A stretch of DNA of 64,000 bases, from contig CAVYNH010000005.1 of the NCBI GenBank assembly GCA_963769885.1, positions 64,001 to 128,000 on the forward strand, in the 5' to 3' direction. The position numbers and the translations under genes are program-made. The number at the start of each line of letters is the position of its first letter. Position 1 is the stretch's first letter. This document shows, one piece after another, positions 45,021-55,559 of this stretch. Source of the stretch: Methanobacteriota archaeon (GTDB lineage: Archaea; Thermoplasmatota; E2; DHVEG-1). The notes under the pieces are model-generated. The model was not told the DNA's origin. It did not search any database and saw only the letters and a program-made list of their open reading frames with translations.

Positions 45021-46154
45021 TTATTCAAGGATATGGATATTGTGTTTCTCGCAGATATCCTTGAGGATTTTAGGCCAGATTGTGACGCTGACCTCGCCGA
45101 GATGCGCCTTCTTCAGCAGCAGCATGTACGTCCGCGACTGCCCGATGCCGCCACCGATAGAGAGCGGGATCTTGTTGTTCATGATGGCCTGGTGGTACGG
45201 CAGGTTGAGGAAATGATTCTGCCCGGACAGCTCCAGCTGCTTGACAAGCGTCTCCGGCGTCACCCGGATTCCCATGCTTGAGAGCTCATGCCTGCGTTTG
45301 GTCACCGGGTTCCAGACGAGGATGTCGCCGTTCAACCCGTGGGTCTTCTTCCCGGACTCTTTGCTCGTGTCCGTCACCCAGTCATCGTAGTCCGCGGCCC
45401 GCATCTCATGCGGGTACCCATCAGCAAGCACGGAGCCGATACCGATAATGAACACCGCGGGATGCTCCTGCAGAATCGCAGTCTCCCGCTGCTTGCGCGG
45501 CAGCTCCGGATACATATCCAGAATCTCCTCCGCATGGAAGAACTCCAGTTTCTTCGGCAGATTCGGGTACTTATCGGTATCCAGCTTCGGGTACATCTCC
45601 AACGCGAGGTCCTCCGCGCCCTTCAGGACCTTCCAGATCCTTGTCACTGTATCTTTAAGGTACGCGAGGTTGCGCTGGCTCTTCGTGATCACCCGCTCCC
45701 AGTCCCACTGGTCCACATACGAACTATGATCGTGGTCCAGGAAGTAGTCCTTGCGGACCGCACGCATGTCGGTGTTAATCCCCTCGCCGACCTTACAGTC
45801 GAACTCCCGCAGCGCCAACCGCTTCCACTTCGTCGCCGCCTGCACTACCTGCGCGTTAATCCGCTTCTCCAACCCAAGTCCGGCAGGAAACGCCACCGGC
45901 GTCCGCGACCCGTCACGATCCAGATAATCATTCACGCCGCTCTCCTCACTCACAATCAGCGGCACCGTCACCATCATCAAATTGAGCTCTTTAGCCAGGT
46001 TCTCCTCAACGTAGTACTTCATCGCAAACAGCGCCTTCTGTGTCTCCTTCGGCGTCAACAACGACTCGTAATCCGTCGGCAGCACCCGGTCAATCTCCTG
46101 ATACGTCCCAATCCCGGGCCCCGCCAGATCCTGTTTCTTCTTATCCGTCAACAT
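45021..46154 (-). CDS. asnA: Aspartate--ammonia ligase (asparagine synthetase A)
   Basis: G+ND.L, KWKR, G+.TDM.A+R, HS.YVDQWDWE, H..RA.DYDDW, LNGDI, ELSSMGIRV, PLSIGGGIGQSR, H+GEV. Confidence 0.95.
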   Translation of the reverse strand: MLTDKKKQDLAGPGIGTYQEIDRVLPTDYESLLTPKETQKALFAMKYYVEENLAKELNLMMVTVPLIVSEESGVNDYLDRDGSRTPVAFPAGLGLEKRINAQVVQAATKWKRLALREFDCKVGEGINTDMRAVRKDYFLDHDHSSYVDQWDWERVITKSQRNLAYLKDTVTRIWKVLKGAEDLALEMYPKLDTDKYPNLPKKLEFFHAEEILDMYPELPRKQRETAILQEHPAVFIIGIGSVLADGYPHEMRAADYDDWVTDTSKESGKKTHGLNGDILVWNPVTKRRHELSSMGIRVTPETLVKQLELSGQNHFLNLPYHQAIMNNKIPLSIGGGIGQSRTYMLLLKKAHLGEVSVTIWPKILKDICEKHNIHILE

Positions 46155-46316
46155 AGGAGAAAGCCTCCAGATACCCCCCAGGAACAATCCCACTCATATA
46201 AATCTTTACTCCAAGAACACCCCCCCACCGAAAGCCTATAAAACCGCCACCACGATAAAAGAACCCAACCACACATCAACGAAAAACACAACACTGGGGA
46301 GGTGAAACACCAAGAG

Positions 46317-47726
46317 ATGGTCGAACTCACATTCTACGGAGGAGTCAACGAAATCGGCGGCAACAAAATCCTCCTCCAAGACCACGACACCCGCATCCTC
46401 CTCGACTTCGGCATGAGCTTCTCCCGCCGCGGCCGCTACTTCGAAGAATACCTCAACCCCCGCACCGCCAACGGCATCGGCGACTTCCTCGCCATGCGCC
46501 TCCTCCCCGACATCCCCGGCATCTACCGCGACGACCTCCTCACCCACCACCACCGCCAACCAGAAGACCCCACCATCGACGCCGTACTCCTGTCACACGC
46601 CCACGCCGACCACGCCAACTACATCAGCTTCCTCCACAAAGACATCCCCATCCACCTCAGCCACACCACCCACCGCATCCTCACCGCCGTCGCCGAACAA
46701 AGCCAACGCGACATCGAACACGAAATCCTCGACTACCGCAGACGGCCCATCACCAAAGACAACCGCACCACCCCACCCATCAAACGAACCTTCCACCCCT
46801 TCAAAAACCACCAAACCATCAAGATAGGCTGCCTCGACATCGAACCCATCCACGTCGACCACAGCGTCCCCGGCGCCCACGCCCTCCTCATCCACACCAC
46901 CGAAGGAACCGTGGCCTACACCGGCGACCTGCGCACCCACGGCCTCCACGCCAGCCTCACCACCGACTTCACACAAACCGCCACACAAGCCAAACCCATC
47001 GCCCTCATCACCGAAGGCACCCGCATCGACCGCCACCGCACCGGCGAATCCGAACACCGCGTCTACACCACCAGCAAAAAAGCAATCAAGGCCTGCACCG
47101 ACCTCACCTTGGTCGACTTCAACTTCAAAGACGTCGACCGCTTCACCACCTTCTACCGCATCGCCAAAGACCTCGACAAAACCCTCGTCATCAGCTTCAA
47201 ACACGCCTGCTTCCTCGAACAATACCACCACGACAAAACCCTCCATGTCCCCACCACCACCGACCCCCACATCATGCTCCTCAAATCCAAACGACAAACC
47301 GGCACCTACTGCGACGACGACTACCACGACCCCTACATCAAAAACCGCCTCCACTACCCCAACATCCTCACCGCCGAAGACATCACCACACACCCCTGCG
47401 ACTACATCGTCGTCCTCAACTTCTGGTACTTCAACACCCTCATCGACCTTAAACCCCGACACGGCACCTACATCCACAGCCTCTCCGAGCCCTTCAACGA
47501 AGAAATGGAGGTCTCCTACCACCGCATGAAAGAATGGATCACCTTCTTCCACCTCACCTACATCCAATCCCACTGCTCCGGACACATCAACGGCGACGAC
47601 CTCCGCGACCTCATCCGCACCATCAACCCCAAACGCATCTTCCCCATCCATACCGAACACCCCGGCATGATCCACCTCCCTATAAAAACCACACGTGTCA
47701 AGGAAGGAAAAACGTATAAACTCTGA
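46317..47726 (+). CDS. RNase J-like MBL/beta-CASP ribonuclease
   Basis: GGVNEIGGN, LDFG, HAHADH, VDHS.PGA, YTGD.R.HG, EGT, H.SGH, PIHTE; GGAGGTGA SD before ATG 46317. Confidence 0.88.
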   Translation: MVELTFYGGVNEIGGNKILLQDHDTRILLDFGMSFSRRGRYFEEYLNPRTANGIGDFLAMRLLPDIPGIYRDDLLTHHHRQPEDPTIDAVLLSHAHADHANYISFLHKDIPIHLSHTTHRILTAVAEQSQRDIEHEILDYRRRPITKDNRTTPPIKRTFHPFKNHQTIKIGCLDIEPIHVDHSVPGAHALLIHTTEGTVAYTGDLRTHGLHASLTTDFTQTATQAKPIALITEGTRIDRHRTGESEHRVYTTSKKAIKACTDLTLVDFNFKDVDRFTTFYRIAKDLDKTLVISFKHACFLEQYHHDKTLHVPTTTDPHIMLLKSKRQTGTYCDDDYHDPYIKNRLHYPNILTAEDITTHPCDYIVVLNFWYFNTLIDLKPRHGTYIHSLSEPFNEEMEVSYHRMKEWITFFHLTYIQSHCSGHINGDDLRDLIRTINPKRIFPIHTEHPGMIHLPIKTTRVKEGKTYKL

Positions 47727-47765
47727 GCAGATAAAAATCCGTAGAATATCTGGGAGCGTAACCGA

Positions 47766-48845
47766 ATGACAGACATCGTTCAATACGAAAAGAAAAGAGA
47801 CGAGCAAATGACCATCAAACCAGACACCGGCAAACGCAAAAAAGAACAATACATCGAAAACCTCCGAGAAGGCGACGCCGTCAACGACTATTTCGCCGTT
47901 AAAACAAAAAAACCACTGCGCTCCTACAAACGCGGCGTGTTCTTCGAATTCCTCGGCTCAGACAAGACCGGCGCCATCGCCATCAAGTTCTGGGGAGGAG
48001 AAAACAAAGACCGCATCAAACGACTCTGCGAAAGCTTCACGGTCGGCGACGTCGTCCAAATCCGCGGCGGCGCCGTCGAATCCTACGACGAACGACTCCA
48101 GATCAGCATCAACGAGAACACCGGCGGCATCCGCCGCTGCGCGGCCAACGAGTACGACATCACCGACTACATCCCCTCACTGGATGATAACCGGATTAAA
48201 GAACTCTACACGGTTGTCGAAGAAGAGATCAAGGCCATCACCAGCCCGCCGCTTAAAGTATTATTGGAGCATTGCTTCGTCAACTCTGAATTCGTTAACG
48301 CCTACACCCATGCGCCCTCTGCCATGGCACATCACCATAACTACGTGGGCGGAAACCTCGAGCACAGCATCGGCGTCCTACGGCTCTGCAAGAATCTCGC
48401 GGAGATGTACCCGGCGGTAAATAAAGAGATGCTGGTGGCCGGCGCCCTACTCCATGACGTCGGGAAACTCCAGGAATATTCCTATGGAGCGTCAATTGAG
48501 AAGACTGAGGACGGCAACTTCATCGGCCATATCATCCTTGGCATCGAATGGGTCCGCGCCCGCATTCAGGAAGTGAGGGAAAAAGGAACCGAGTTCCCTT
48601 CGATGCTTGAGCGGCATCTACTGCATTTGATCGCCAGCCATCATGGGCGGCTAGAGTGGGGCTCCCCAATCGTGCCAAATCTTGCCGAAGCGTGCGCGTT
48701 GCATAACGCAGACCTCATGGACTCCCAAGTCAAGAACTACCTGCAGTTGGTGGAGGACGCACGGAAGTCCACGGATGAGGACTGGGTGTTCATTTTTGAC
48801 GCGGACATCGGGAGGAAACGGCCGGTGTTCCTGGGAGAGTATTAA
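47766..48845 (+). CDS. yhaM: YhaM/Cbf1-family 3'-5' exoribonuclease (OB fold + HD domain)
   Basis: OB fold (D.TG.I..K.W), P.A..HHH.Y.GG.LEH, LLHD+GK..EY, GHI, H+I.SHHG.LEWGSP..P...EA..LH.AD..D; start could be ATG 47808. Confidence 0.9.
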   Translation: MTDIVQYEKKRDEQMTIKPDTGKRKKEQYIENLREGDAVNDYFAVKTKKPLRSYKRGVFFEFLGSDKTGAIAIKFWGGENKDRIKRLCESFTVGDVVQIRGGAVESYDERLQISINENTGGIRRCAANEYDITDYIPSLDDNRIKELYTVVEEEIKAITSPPLKVLLEHCFVNSEFVNAYTHAPSAMAHHHNYVGGNLEHSIGVLRLCKNLAEMYPAVNKEMLVAGALLHDVGKLQEYSYGASIEKTEDGNFIGHIILGIEWVRARIQEVREKGTEFPSMLERHLLHLIASHHGRLEWGSPIVPNLAEACALHNADLMDSQVKNYLQLVEDARKSTDEDWVFIFDADIGRKRPVFLGEY

Positions 48846-48876
48846 AATACTCGTAGAGGGATAGCCAGAGGCGAAC

Positions 48877-49062
48877 ATGAAGAAGACGCTACTGGACATC
48901 CTCTGCTGCCCGGTCTGTAAAGGAAAATTAACGCTTCAGACAACAAAGGAGGAGCACGACGAGGTAGTAACAGGATCCTTATCCTGCATCACCTGTAAAA
49001 CGGTTTATCCCGTTAGCGAGGGCATCCCGGATCTTCTCCCGCGGGAACCACTAAAAGTCTAA
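48877..49062 (+). CDS. trm112: Trm112 family methyltransferase activator
   Basis: LLDILCCP.CKG.L...G.L.C..C...YP+..GIP.LL. Confidence 0.92.
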   Translation: MKKTLLDILCCPVCKGKLTLQTTKEEHDEVVTGSLSCITCKTVYPVSEGIPDLLPREPLKV

Positions 49063-52000
49063 TCGTACTCGTCCCAGCTTTTAATCCGCAACGCTTCCAG
49101 AGGTGTTTTCGCAAGAGCTTCAACGAAACGTTTGGCGAGTTGAACATTCGTGATGAGTGGGATGTCGAAGTCGACGGCCTTGCGGCGGATGAGGTAATCG
49201 TTGTCCAGCTCCTCACGGTCGATGTTCTTCGGGATGTTGATGACCAAGTCGACTTCATGGTTGGCGATGGCGGTGAGGGCGTTGGGTTCCTGATGGTCGA
49301 GTGGCCAGTGAAGGCGTTCGACGGGGATGCCATGGTCGGTCATGAATGCGGCAGTGCCTTCGGTGGCGTAGAACCGGAATCCGAGGTCCTTGAGGGTTAT
49401 GGTGCTTTCAAGGAGATCAGCTTTGCTGCTAATCGGGCCGGTGGAGAGGAGGATGGCTTTCTGTGGGGTGGTGAAGCCGACGGAGAGGAGGCTTTTAAGA
49501 AAGGCTTCATTGAAGTCATCGCCAAGGCAGGCGACCTCGCCAGTAGAGGCCATTTCGACGCCGAGGATGGGGTCGGAGCCTTTGAGGCGAGTGAAGCTGA
49601 ACTGGGAGGCTTTGACGCCGACGTAGTCGAGGTCGAAGGCGGAGCGGTCGGGTGGGTCGACGGGGTGTTTCATGATGATGCGGGTGGCGTAGTCGATGAA
49701 GTTGAGTTTGAGGACTTTGGAGACGAAGGGGAGGCTGCGGGAGGCTCTGAGGTTGCATTCGATGACCTTGACGTCGTTTCCTTTGGCGATGAACTGGATG
49801 TTGAAGGGGCCAGTGATGTGGAGGGAGGCCGCGATTTTTCTGGTGATGGTTTTGATACGGCGCATGGTTTCGAGGTAGGTGCGTTGAGGGGGGAGGACCA
49901 TAGTGGCATCGCCGGAGTGGACGCCCGCGTTTTCGACGTGTTCGCTGATGGCGTAGCAGAAGAGGGTGCCGTGGCGTGCGACGGCGTCGATTTCGATTTC
50001 TTTGGCGTCCGTGATGAATTTGCTGATGACGACGGGGTATTTGGTGCTGATGGCGGAGGCTTTTTTGAGGTAGGTTCGGAGTTCGGTGGGGGAGAGGGCG
50101 ATGCTCATGGCGGCGCCGGAGAGGACGTAGCTGGGGCGGATGAGGACGGGGTAGCCGACGGCTTTGGCGAAGGCTTCGGCGTCGTCGAGGCTGGTGAGTT
50201 CTTTCCAGGCGGGTTGGTCAATGCCGAGGGTGTCGAGGAGGGCGGAGAATTTGTGGCGGTCTTCGGCGCGGTCGATGTCGTCGGGGGTGGTGCCGAGGAT
50301 CCGTGCGCCGGCGTTGTGGAGGGGGATGGCGAGGTTGTTGGGGATCTGTCCGCCGACGCTGACGATGATGCCGCGGGGGTGTGCCTTTTCGTAGATGTCG
50401 AGGATGCGTTCGAGGGTGAGTTCTTCGAAGTAGAGGGAGTCGCAGGTGTCGAAGTCGGTGCTGACGGTCTCTGGGTTGCAGTTGACCATGATGGCGTGGT
50501 AGCCGAGTTTTTTGAGGGTGGTGACGGTGTTGACGGCGCACCAGTCGAATTCGACGGAGGAGCCGATGCGGTAGGCACCGCCGCCGAGGACCATGACTTG
50601 GTTGTGATTGGTGGTGGTGAGGTCGTCGGTGGTGCCGTGGTAGGTGAGGTAGAGGTAGTTGGTCTGGGCCGGATATTCGGCGGCGAGGGTGTCGATTTGT
50701 TTGATGACAGGGATGATGTGGTGCTTGTGCCTGAGGTTTCGGATGGTGGTTTCGTCGGTGTGGAGGAGGTCGGCGAGTTGGAGGTCTGAGAATCCGTGTT
50801 GTTTTGCTTCCCGCAGAAGGCGTGAGGGGATTGTTTTTAGGGTGTTGTTTTGTAGTGTTTTTTCGAGGGTGATTATGGCTTGTATTTTGGTGAGGAACCA
50901 GGGGTCGACTTTGGTGAGATTATGGATTTTTTCGAGGGGGTAGCCTTGGCGGAAGGCTTCGACGATGGCGAAGGTGCGTTTGTCGGTGGGTTCTTGGAGG
51001 GCTTTGTCGAGGTTGTCGAAGGAGAACGGGGTGCCGGTGAGGCCAGGGAGGCCGATGTCGAGGCTGCGGATGGCTTTTTGGAGGGCTTCTTCGAAGCTAC
51101 GGGCGATGGCCATGACTTCGCCGACGGATTTCATCTCGGAGCCGATGGTTTGGCTGACGCGCTGGAATTTCTGCAGGTCCCAACGGGGGTATTTGACGAC
51201 GATGTAGTCCAGGGCGGGCTCGAAGCAGGTCATGGTTTTGCCGGTGATCTTGTTGTGGATGTCGGTGAGGCTGTGACCGACCGCGAGTTTGGCGGCGGTG
51301 AAGGCGAGTGGGTAGCCGGTGGCTTTGCTGGCGAGTGCGGAGCTTCGGCTGAGGCGGGCGTTGACTTCGATGATTCGGTAGTCGTCTGATTTAGGGTCCA
51401 GGGCGAATTGGATGTTGCATTCGCCGATGATGCCGAGGGCGCGGATGACGTGGATGGCGATGCTGCGGAGCCTGAAGTTTTCGGTGGCGGTGAGGGTCTG
51501 GACGGGGGCGACGACGATGCTTTCGCCGGTGTGGATGCCCATGGGGTCCATGTTTTCCATGGAGCAGACGACGATGCAGTTGTCATAGATGTCGCGGACG
51601 ACTTCGTATTCGAGTTCCTTCCAGCCGCCGAAGTATTCTTCAATGAGGATTTGGGTGGTGTGGGCGAAGGCCTTGGTGGTGAGGTCTTCGAGTTGGGCGC
51701 AGGTGTGGACGACGCCGCTGCCGAGGCCGCCGAGGGCGTAGGCGATGCGACACATGACGGGGTAGCCGATTTGGTCGGCGACGCGGGTGGCGTCGGCGAC
51801 GGTGGTGACGGCCTGGCTTCTGGGGACTTTGAGGTTGAGGACGGTGAGGCGTTTGGCGAAGAGGTCACGGTCTTCGGTGTCTTTGATGGCGTTGATGGGG
51901 GTGCCGAGGACGGTGACTTTGTGTTTTTTGAGGGTGCCGTTGTCCGCGAGGGCGACGCCGACGTTGAGGGCGGTCTGTCCGCCGAAGCCGAGGAGGATGC

Positions 52001-52253
52001 CGTCGGGTCGTTCTTTCTTGATGACTTGTTCGACGAAGTGGGCGGTGAGGGGGAGGAAGTAGACTTTGTCGGCGAGCGACTCTGAGGTTTGGATGGTGGC
52101 GATGTTGGGGTTGATGAGGATGGTGCGGATGCCGTCTTCTTTGAGGGCTTTGATGGCTTGGCTGCCGCTGTAGTCGAATTCGCCGGCTTGGCCGATGCGG
52201 ATGGCGCCGGAGCCGAGGATGAGGACTTTGCGGATCCTCGGGTGTTGGATCAT
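49059..52253 (-). CDS. carB: Carbamoyl-phosphate synthase large subunit
   Basis: LGSG...IGQAGEFDYSG.QA, duplicated ATP-grasp domains, GIHTGES, GVHSGDA, C-terminal MGS domain. Confidence 0.98.
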   Translation of the reverse strand: MIQHPRIRKVLILGSGAIRIGQAGEFDYSGSQAIKALKEDGIRTILINPNIATIQTSESLADKVYFLPLTAHFVEQVIKKERPDGILLGFGGQTALNVGVALADNGTLKKHKVTVLGTPINAIKDTEDRDLFAKRLTVLNLKVPRSQAVTTVADATRVADQIGYPVMCRIAYALGGLGSGVVHTCAQLEDLTTKAFAHTTQILIEEYFGGWKELEYEVVRDIYDNCIVVCSMENMDPMGIHTGESIVVAPVQTLTATENFRLRSIAIHVIRALGIIGECNIQFALDPKSDDYRIIEVNARLSRSSALASKATGYPLAFTAAKLAVGHSLTDIHNKITGKTMTCFEPALDYIVVKYPRWDLQKFQRVSQTIGSEMKSVGEVMAIARSFEEALQKAIRSLDIGLPGLTGTPFSFDNLDKALQEPTDKRTFAIVEAFRQGYPLEKIHNLTKVDPWFLTKIQAIITLEKTLQNNTLKTIPSRLLREAKQHGFSDLQLADLLHTDETTIRNLRHKHHIIPVIKQIDTLAAEYPAQTNYLYLTYHGTTDDLTTTNHNQVMVLGGGAYRIGSSVEFDWCAVNTVTTLKKLGYHAIMVNCNPETVSTDFDTCDSLYFEELTLERILDIYEKAHPRGIIVSVGGQIPNNLAIPLHNAGARILGTTPDDIDRAEDRHKFSALLDTLGIDQPAWKELTSLDDAEAFAKAVGYPVLIRPSYVLSGAAMSIALSPTELRTYLKKASAISTKYPVVISKFITDAKEIEIDAVARHGTLFCYAISEHVENAGVHSGDATMVLPPQRTYLETMRRIKTITRKIAASLHITGPFNIQFIAKGNDVKVIECNLRASRSLPFVSKVLKLNFIDYATRIIMKHPVDPPDRSAFDLDYVGVKASQFSFTRLKGSDPILGVEMASTGEVACLGDDFNEAFLKSLLSVGFTTPQKAILLSTGPISSKADLLESTITLKDLGFRFYATEGTAAFMTDHGIPVERLHWPLDHQEPNALTAIANHEVDLVINIPKNIDREELDNDYLIRRKAVDFDIPLITNVQLAKRFVEALAKTPLEALRIKSWDEYD

Positions 52254-53332
52254 CGCATCGCCCTCACGAACATGTCGAAGAGGAATTCGGTGTCGTCAGG
52301 GCCGGGGCTGGCCTCAGGGTGGAACTGAGCGCCGAAGAAGGGCCGGCTGATGTGGTGGATGCCTTCGTTGGTGTGGTCGTTGTTGTTGTAGAACCATTCG
52401 CGCCAGTCCTGGGGGAGGGTCGTGGCATCGACGGCGTAGCCGTGGTTTTGGCTGGTGATGTAGCAGCGTTTGGTGCCGGCTTCGACGCAGGGCTGGTTTT
52501 GGCTGCGGTGGCCGTATTTGAGTTTGTAGGTCTGGGCGCCGGCGGCGAGGGCGAGGATTTGGCTGCCGAGGCAGATGCCGAGGATCGGGGTGGTGCCTTG
52601 GAGGGCCTGCTCGGTGTGTTTGATGGTTGGGCTGCATTTTGTGGGGTCGCCGGGGCCGTTGGAGAGGACGATGCCGTCGGCTTTTTCGTCGGTGAAGTCG
52701 TAGTCCCAGGGGACGCGTTTGACGGTGAAGCCGCGGTTGAGGAAGGCGCGGATGATGCTGTTTTTGACGCCGCAGTCGACGAGCAGGATGGTTTTCTTGC
52801 CGCGGGGGTAGGTGATGGGGGCGGGGATGCTGACGTCGGCGACGTGGGGGCGGCGGGGAAGCGGCCGTGGAGGCGTGGTTCGGCTGCCGTTGGTGATGGT
52901 GCCGGGCATGGTGCCTTTGCGGCGGAGTCGTTTGGTGAGCTCGCGGGTGTCGACGCCGGTGATGGCGGGGATGCGGTGTTCGTGGAGCCAGGCGGCGAGG
53001 GATCTGGTGGCGTTCCAGTGTGAGTAGGCGTGGTTGTAGTGGGCGACGACGAGGCCGGCGACTTGGATCTTGGTGCTTTCGAAGTTGGCGTCAAGCTCGT
53101 TTTCGATGAGGGGTGGTGGGACGCCGTAGTTGCCGATGAGGGGGTAGGTGAGGACGAGGATTTGGCCGTGGTAGGAGGGGTCGGTGAGGGTCTCGGGGTA
53201 GCCAATCATGCCGGTGTTGAAGACGACCTCGCCGGCGGCCGGGTGTGAGGCGCCGAAGGAGAACCCGTGGAAGATGGTGCCGTCTTGAAGTCTGAGTGTA
53301 CTTTTTTTGTATGGGTCTGGTAGTGGCTGCAT
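52250..53332 (-). CDS. carA: Carbamoyl-phosphate synthase small subunit
   Basis: GEVVFNTGM.GY.E.LTDPSY.GQ, LSNGPGDP, GICLG, QNHGY, QFHPEA.PGP. Confidence 0.98.
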   Translation of the reverse strand: MQPLPDPYKKSTLRLQDGTIFHGFSFGASHPAAGEVVFNTGMIGYPETLTDPSYHGQILVLTYPLIGNYGVPPPLIENELDANFESTKIQVAGLVVAHYNHAYSHWNATRSLAAWLHEHRIPAITGVDTRELTKRLRRKGTMPGTITNGSRTTPPRPLPRRPHVADVSIPAPITYPRGKKTILLVDCGVKNSIIRAFLNRGFTVKRVPWDYDFTDEKADGIVLSNGPGDPTKCSPTIKHTEQALQGTTPILGICLGSQILALAAGAQTYKLKYGHRSQNQPCVEAGTKRCYITSQNHGYAVDATTLPQDWREWFYNNNDHTNEGIHHISRPFFGAQFHPEASPGPDDTEFLFDMFVRAMR

Positions 53333-53406
53333 CTCTCCCCGGTGAAGGATTTCTTTAAAATGCTGTAATCATTGATTGGTTTAAAGTTGTGTCGTGACAG
53401 GCGGTG

Positions 53407-55462
53407 TCAGCGGTTGTGGCCGTGTCTTTTCTGGGATGATGGTTTCTCTTTTGTTTTCTTTCCGTGTGGCCGCGGGACGTGGTGAGTGCATCGTTGTCGT
53501 GGTGCAGCTTCCATGAAGGTTTGGATGTCGTCGAGGAGGCTGGTGGATTCGGTCATGTCGGGGAGGAATTGTTGGAACCGGGGGGCGCGGCGGTCGAGGA
53601 TGACGGCGACGCCTCGGTCGTGCTCGTCGCGGATGAGCCGTCCGATGGCCTGCAGGAGCTTGCGGGCGGCGGGCGCGTGGACGGTGTATTCGAAGCCTTT
53701 GCCGAATTTTGCCTCGTAGTACTGTTGTAGCCCGCGCTGCCTGGCCGAGGGTTTGGGGTAGGGGATGCCGACGATGACGGCGATCTCGAGCTGCTCGGCG
53801 GGGAAGTCCATGCCTTCGCTGATGCGGCCGCCCATGACGCTGAAAAGGGTGGCACCCTGCTCGGTGCCATGGGCGCGGAAGCGGCTGACGAGTTCCATGA
53901 GCGCGCCCTGGCCCATCTCTTGGTCTTCGATGAGGAGGCGGCGGGACATGCCGGGGTACTCGCCGTTCTTGCGGAACGTGGTCATGGTGTTGAAGCTGGG
54001 GAAGAAGACGATGGTGTTCTTGGGGAAGCGGTTGCAGATGGCGGTGATGTGGTCCCAGAGGCGGGGCAGGGTGGTGCCGTCCCTGGTGAGCTCCTCGTAC
54101 CGGGTCGTCACATCCTTGGTGTAGAGGATCTTTCGGTTTTCTCGGGGGAACGGGGAGGAGTAGGTCTGCAGGATCGTGGCTGGCGGCAGGCCGAGGGAGT
54201 CGCGGTACTCGGTGAGGGGGGAGAGGGTGCCGGACATGTGGATGGAGCTGTGGACTTCGGCGAGGACTTCGCTGCCGACGCTGGGGTCCAAGCAGTAGGC
54301 CTCGACCCTGGGGTTCTTGCCTTGGTTGGCGTCGACGACGAGCTTGATGTATTGGTCCATCTCGACGGTGGTCCAGAACTGTAGGAAGATGCCGAGTTTG
54401 TGGAGGTAGGAGCGAGGGAGTTTGCCGGCTTTCTGGCGGTATTCCTGGATCTTTTCGCCGTAGGCGATGAGGTCGTGGGTGATGGCTTTGAGGGCGATGC
54501 TGGTGATGGTGAGGCGGCTGAGCAGTTCGGTTTCGAGTTCGTAGGAGGGGATGAAGGCGTCGGTCTTCTCTAGCTGGGTGCGGATTTCGCCTTCCATGAG
54601 GTTGTAGACGTAGGTGTCGCGCAGGTCCGTGATGATCTCTAGGAGGGTTCGGCAGAACTTGGAGGCGGGGACGCGTCCGTCCGCGAGGGTGGGATCGCCG
54701 TAGCGGTCGATCTCGCTGTGGCAGCTGGTGAGCATCCAGGTGGTGAGCTGGGCGGAGTAGAGTTCTCGGAGGTAGTCGGGGAGGTTGTGGGCTTCGTCGA
54801 CGACCAAGATGACGTCGTCTTCGGCGCAGGCGAGCCAGTCGAAGAGCTTGAGGCGGATGGTCTTGTCGAAGATGTAGACGTAGGGGACGACGAGGACGAG
54901 GGCGTCGGGGATGAGGAGTTTGTTGACTTCGTAGGGGCAGAGTTTGGCGTCGGCGCAGGCTCTGCTGAAGTCCTCGGCGGTGGGGAGGTGCTGTTTGGTC
55001 CAGGCGAGGAGTTTTTCGACGGCTTTGGTGTTGTCTTGGAGGCGACGGTAGTAGGGGCAGCCTTTGTCCTTGGTGGTGTGGGTGAGTTTCTTTTGGTAGC
55101 TGCAGAAGCGGGAGAGTTCCTCGGCGGTGGCGCGTTCGACCTCAGGGTCGGTGTGGGCGAGGAGGCAGAGGTTGGCGCGGCCTTGGAGGCCGACGCCGAA
55201 GAGGCGGTCGTCTCTGGTGTGGTCGCGGATGGCGCGCAGCTCGCGGATGACCTGCTGTTGCTGGGCGTTGGTGCGGGTGGTGTAGATGAGGCGTTTCTTG
55301 TGGGCGAGGGCGTACTGGATGCAGGCGCTGAGGGTGCAGATGGTTTTACCTGAGCCGGTGCCGGATTCGAAGATGAAAGGCTGCCGCTGGGTGAGGGACG
55401 CGGTGATGGCGTCCATGATGTCGCGCTGGTACGGGCGTAGGTTCGTACGGGAAAAAATCCAT
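53407..55462 (-). CDS. xpd: XPD/Rad3/DinG-family Fe-S DNA helicase, 1-nt frameshift near 55440
   Basis: RPYQ Q-motif, SGTGSGKT, four Fe-S Cys (LC, FC, GCPYY, LCPYE), DEAHNL, MSGTL.P, SEG.DF, QAIGRLIR. The expected N-terminus MDFFPYE lies in an adjacent frame from ATG 55462. Confidence 0.92.
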
Positions 55463-55559
55463 CCTTGCAGGGGTGAATCCAGTGTGTATTCATGAAGGTT
55501 TGGAAAAAGTGTGCGGGGAGAGGGGGTTTTATAGGGGAGGATGGGTTTGTCGGAGATGA

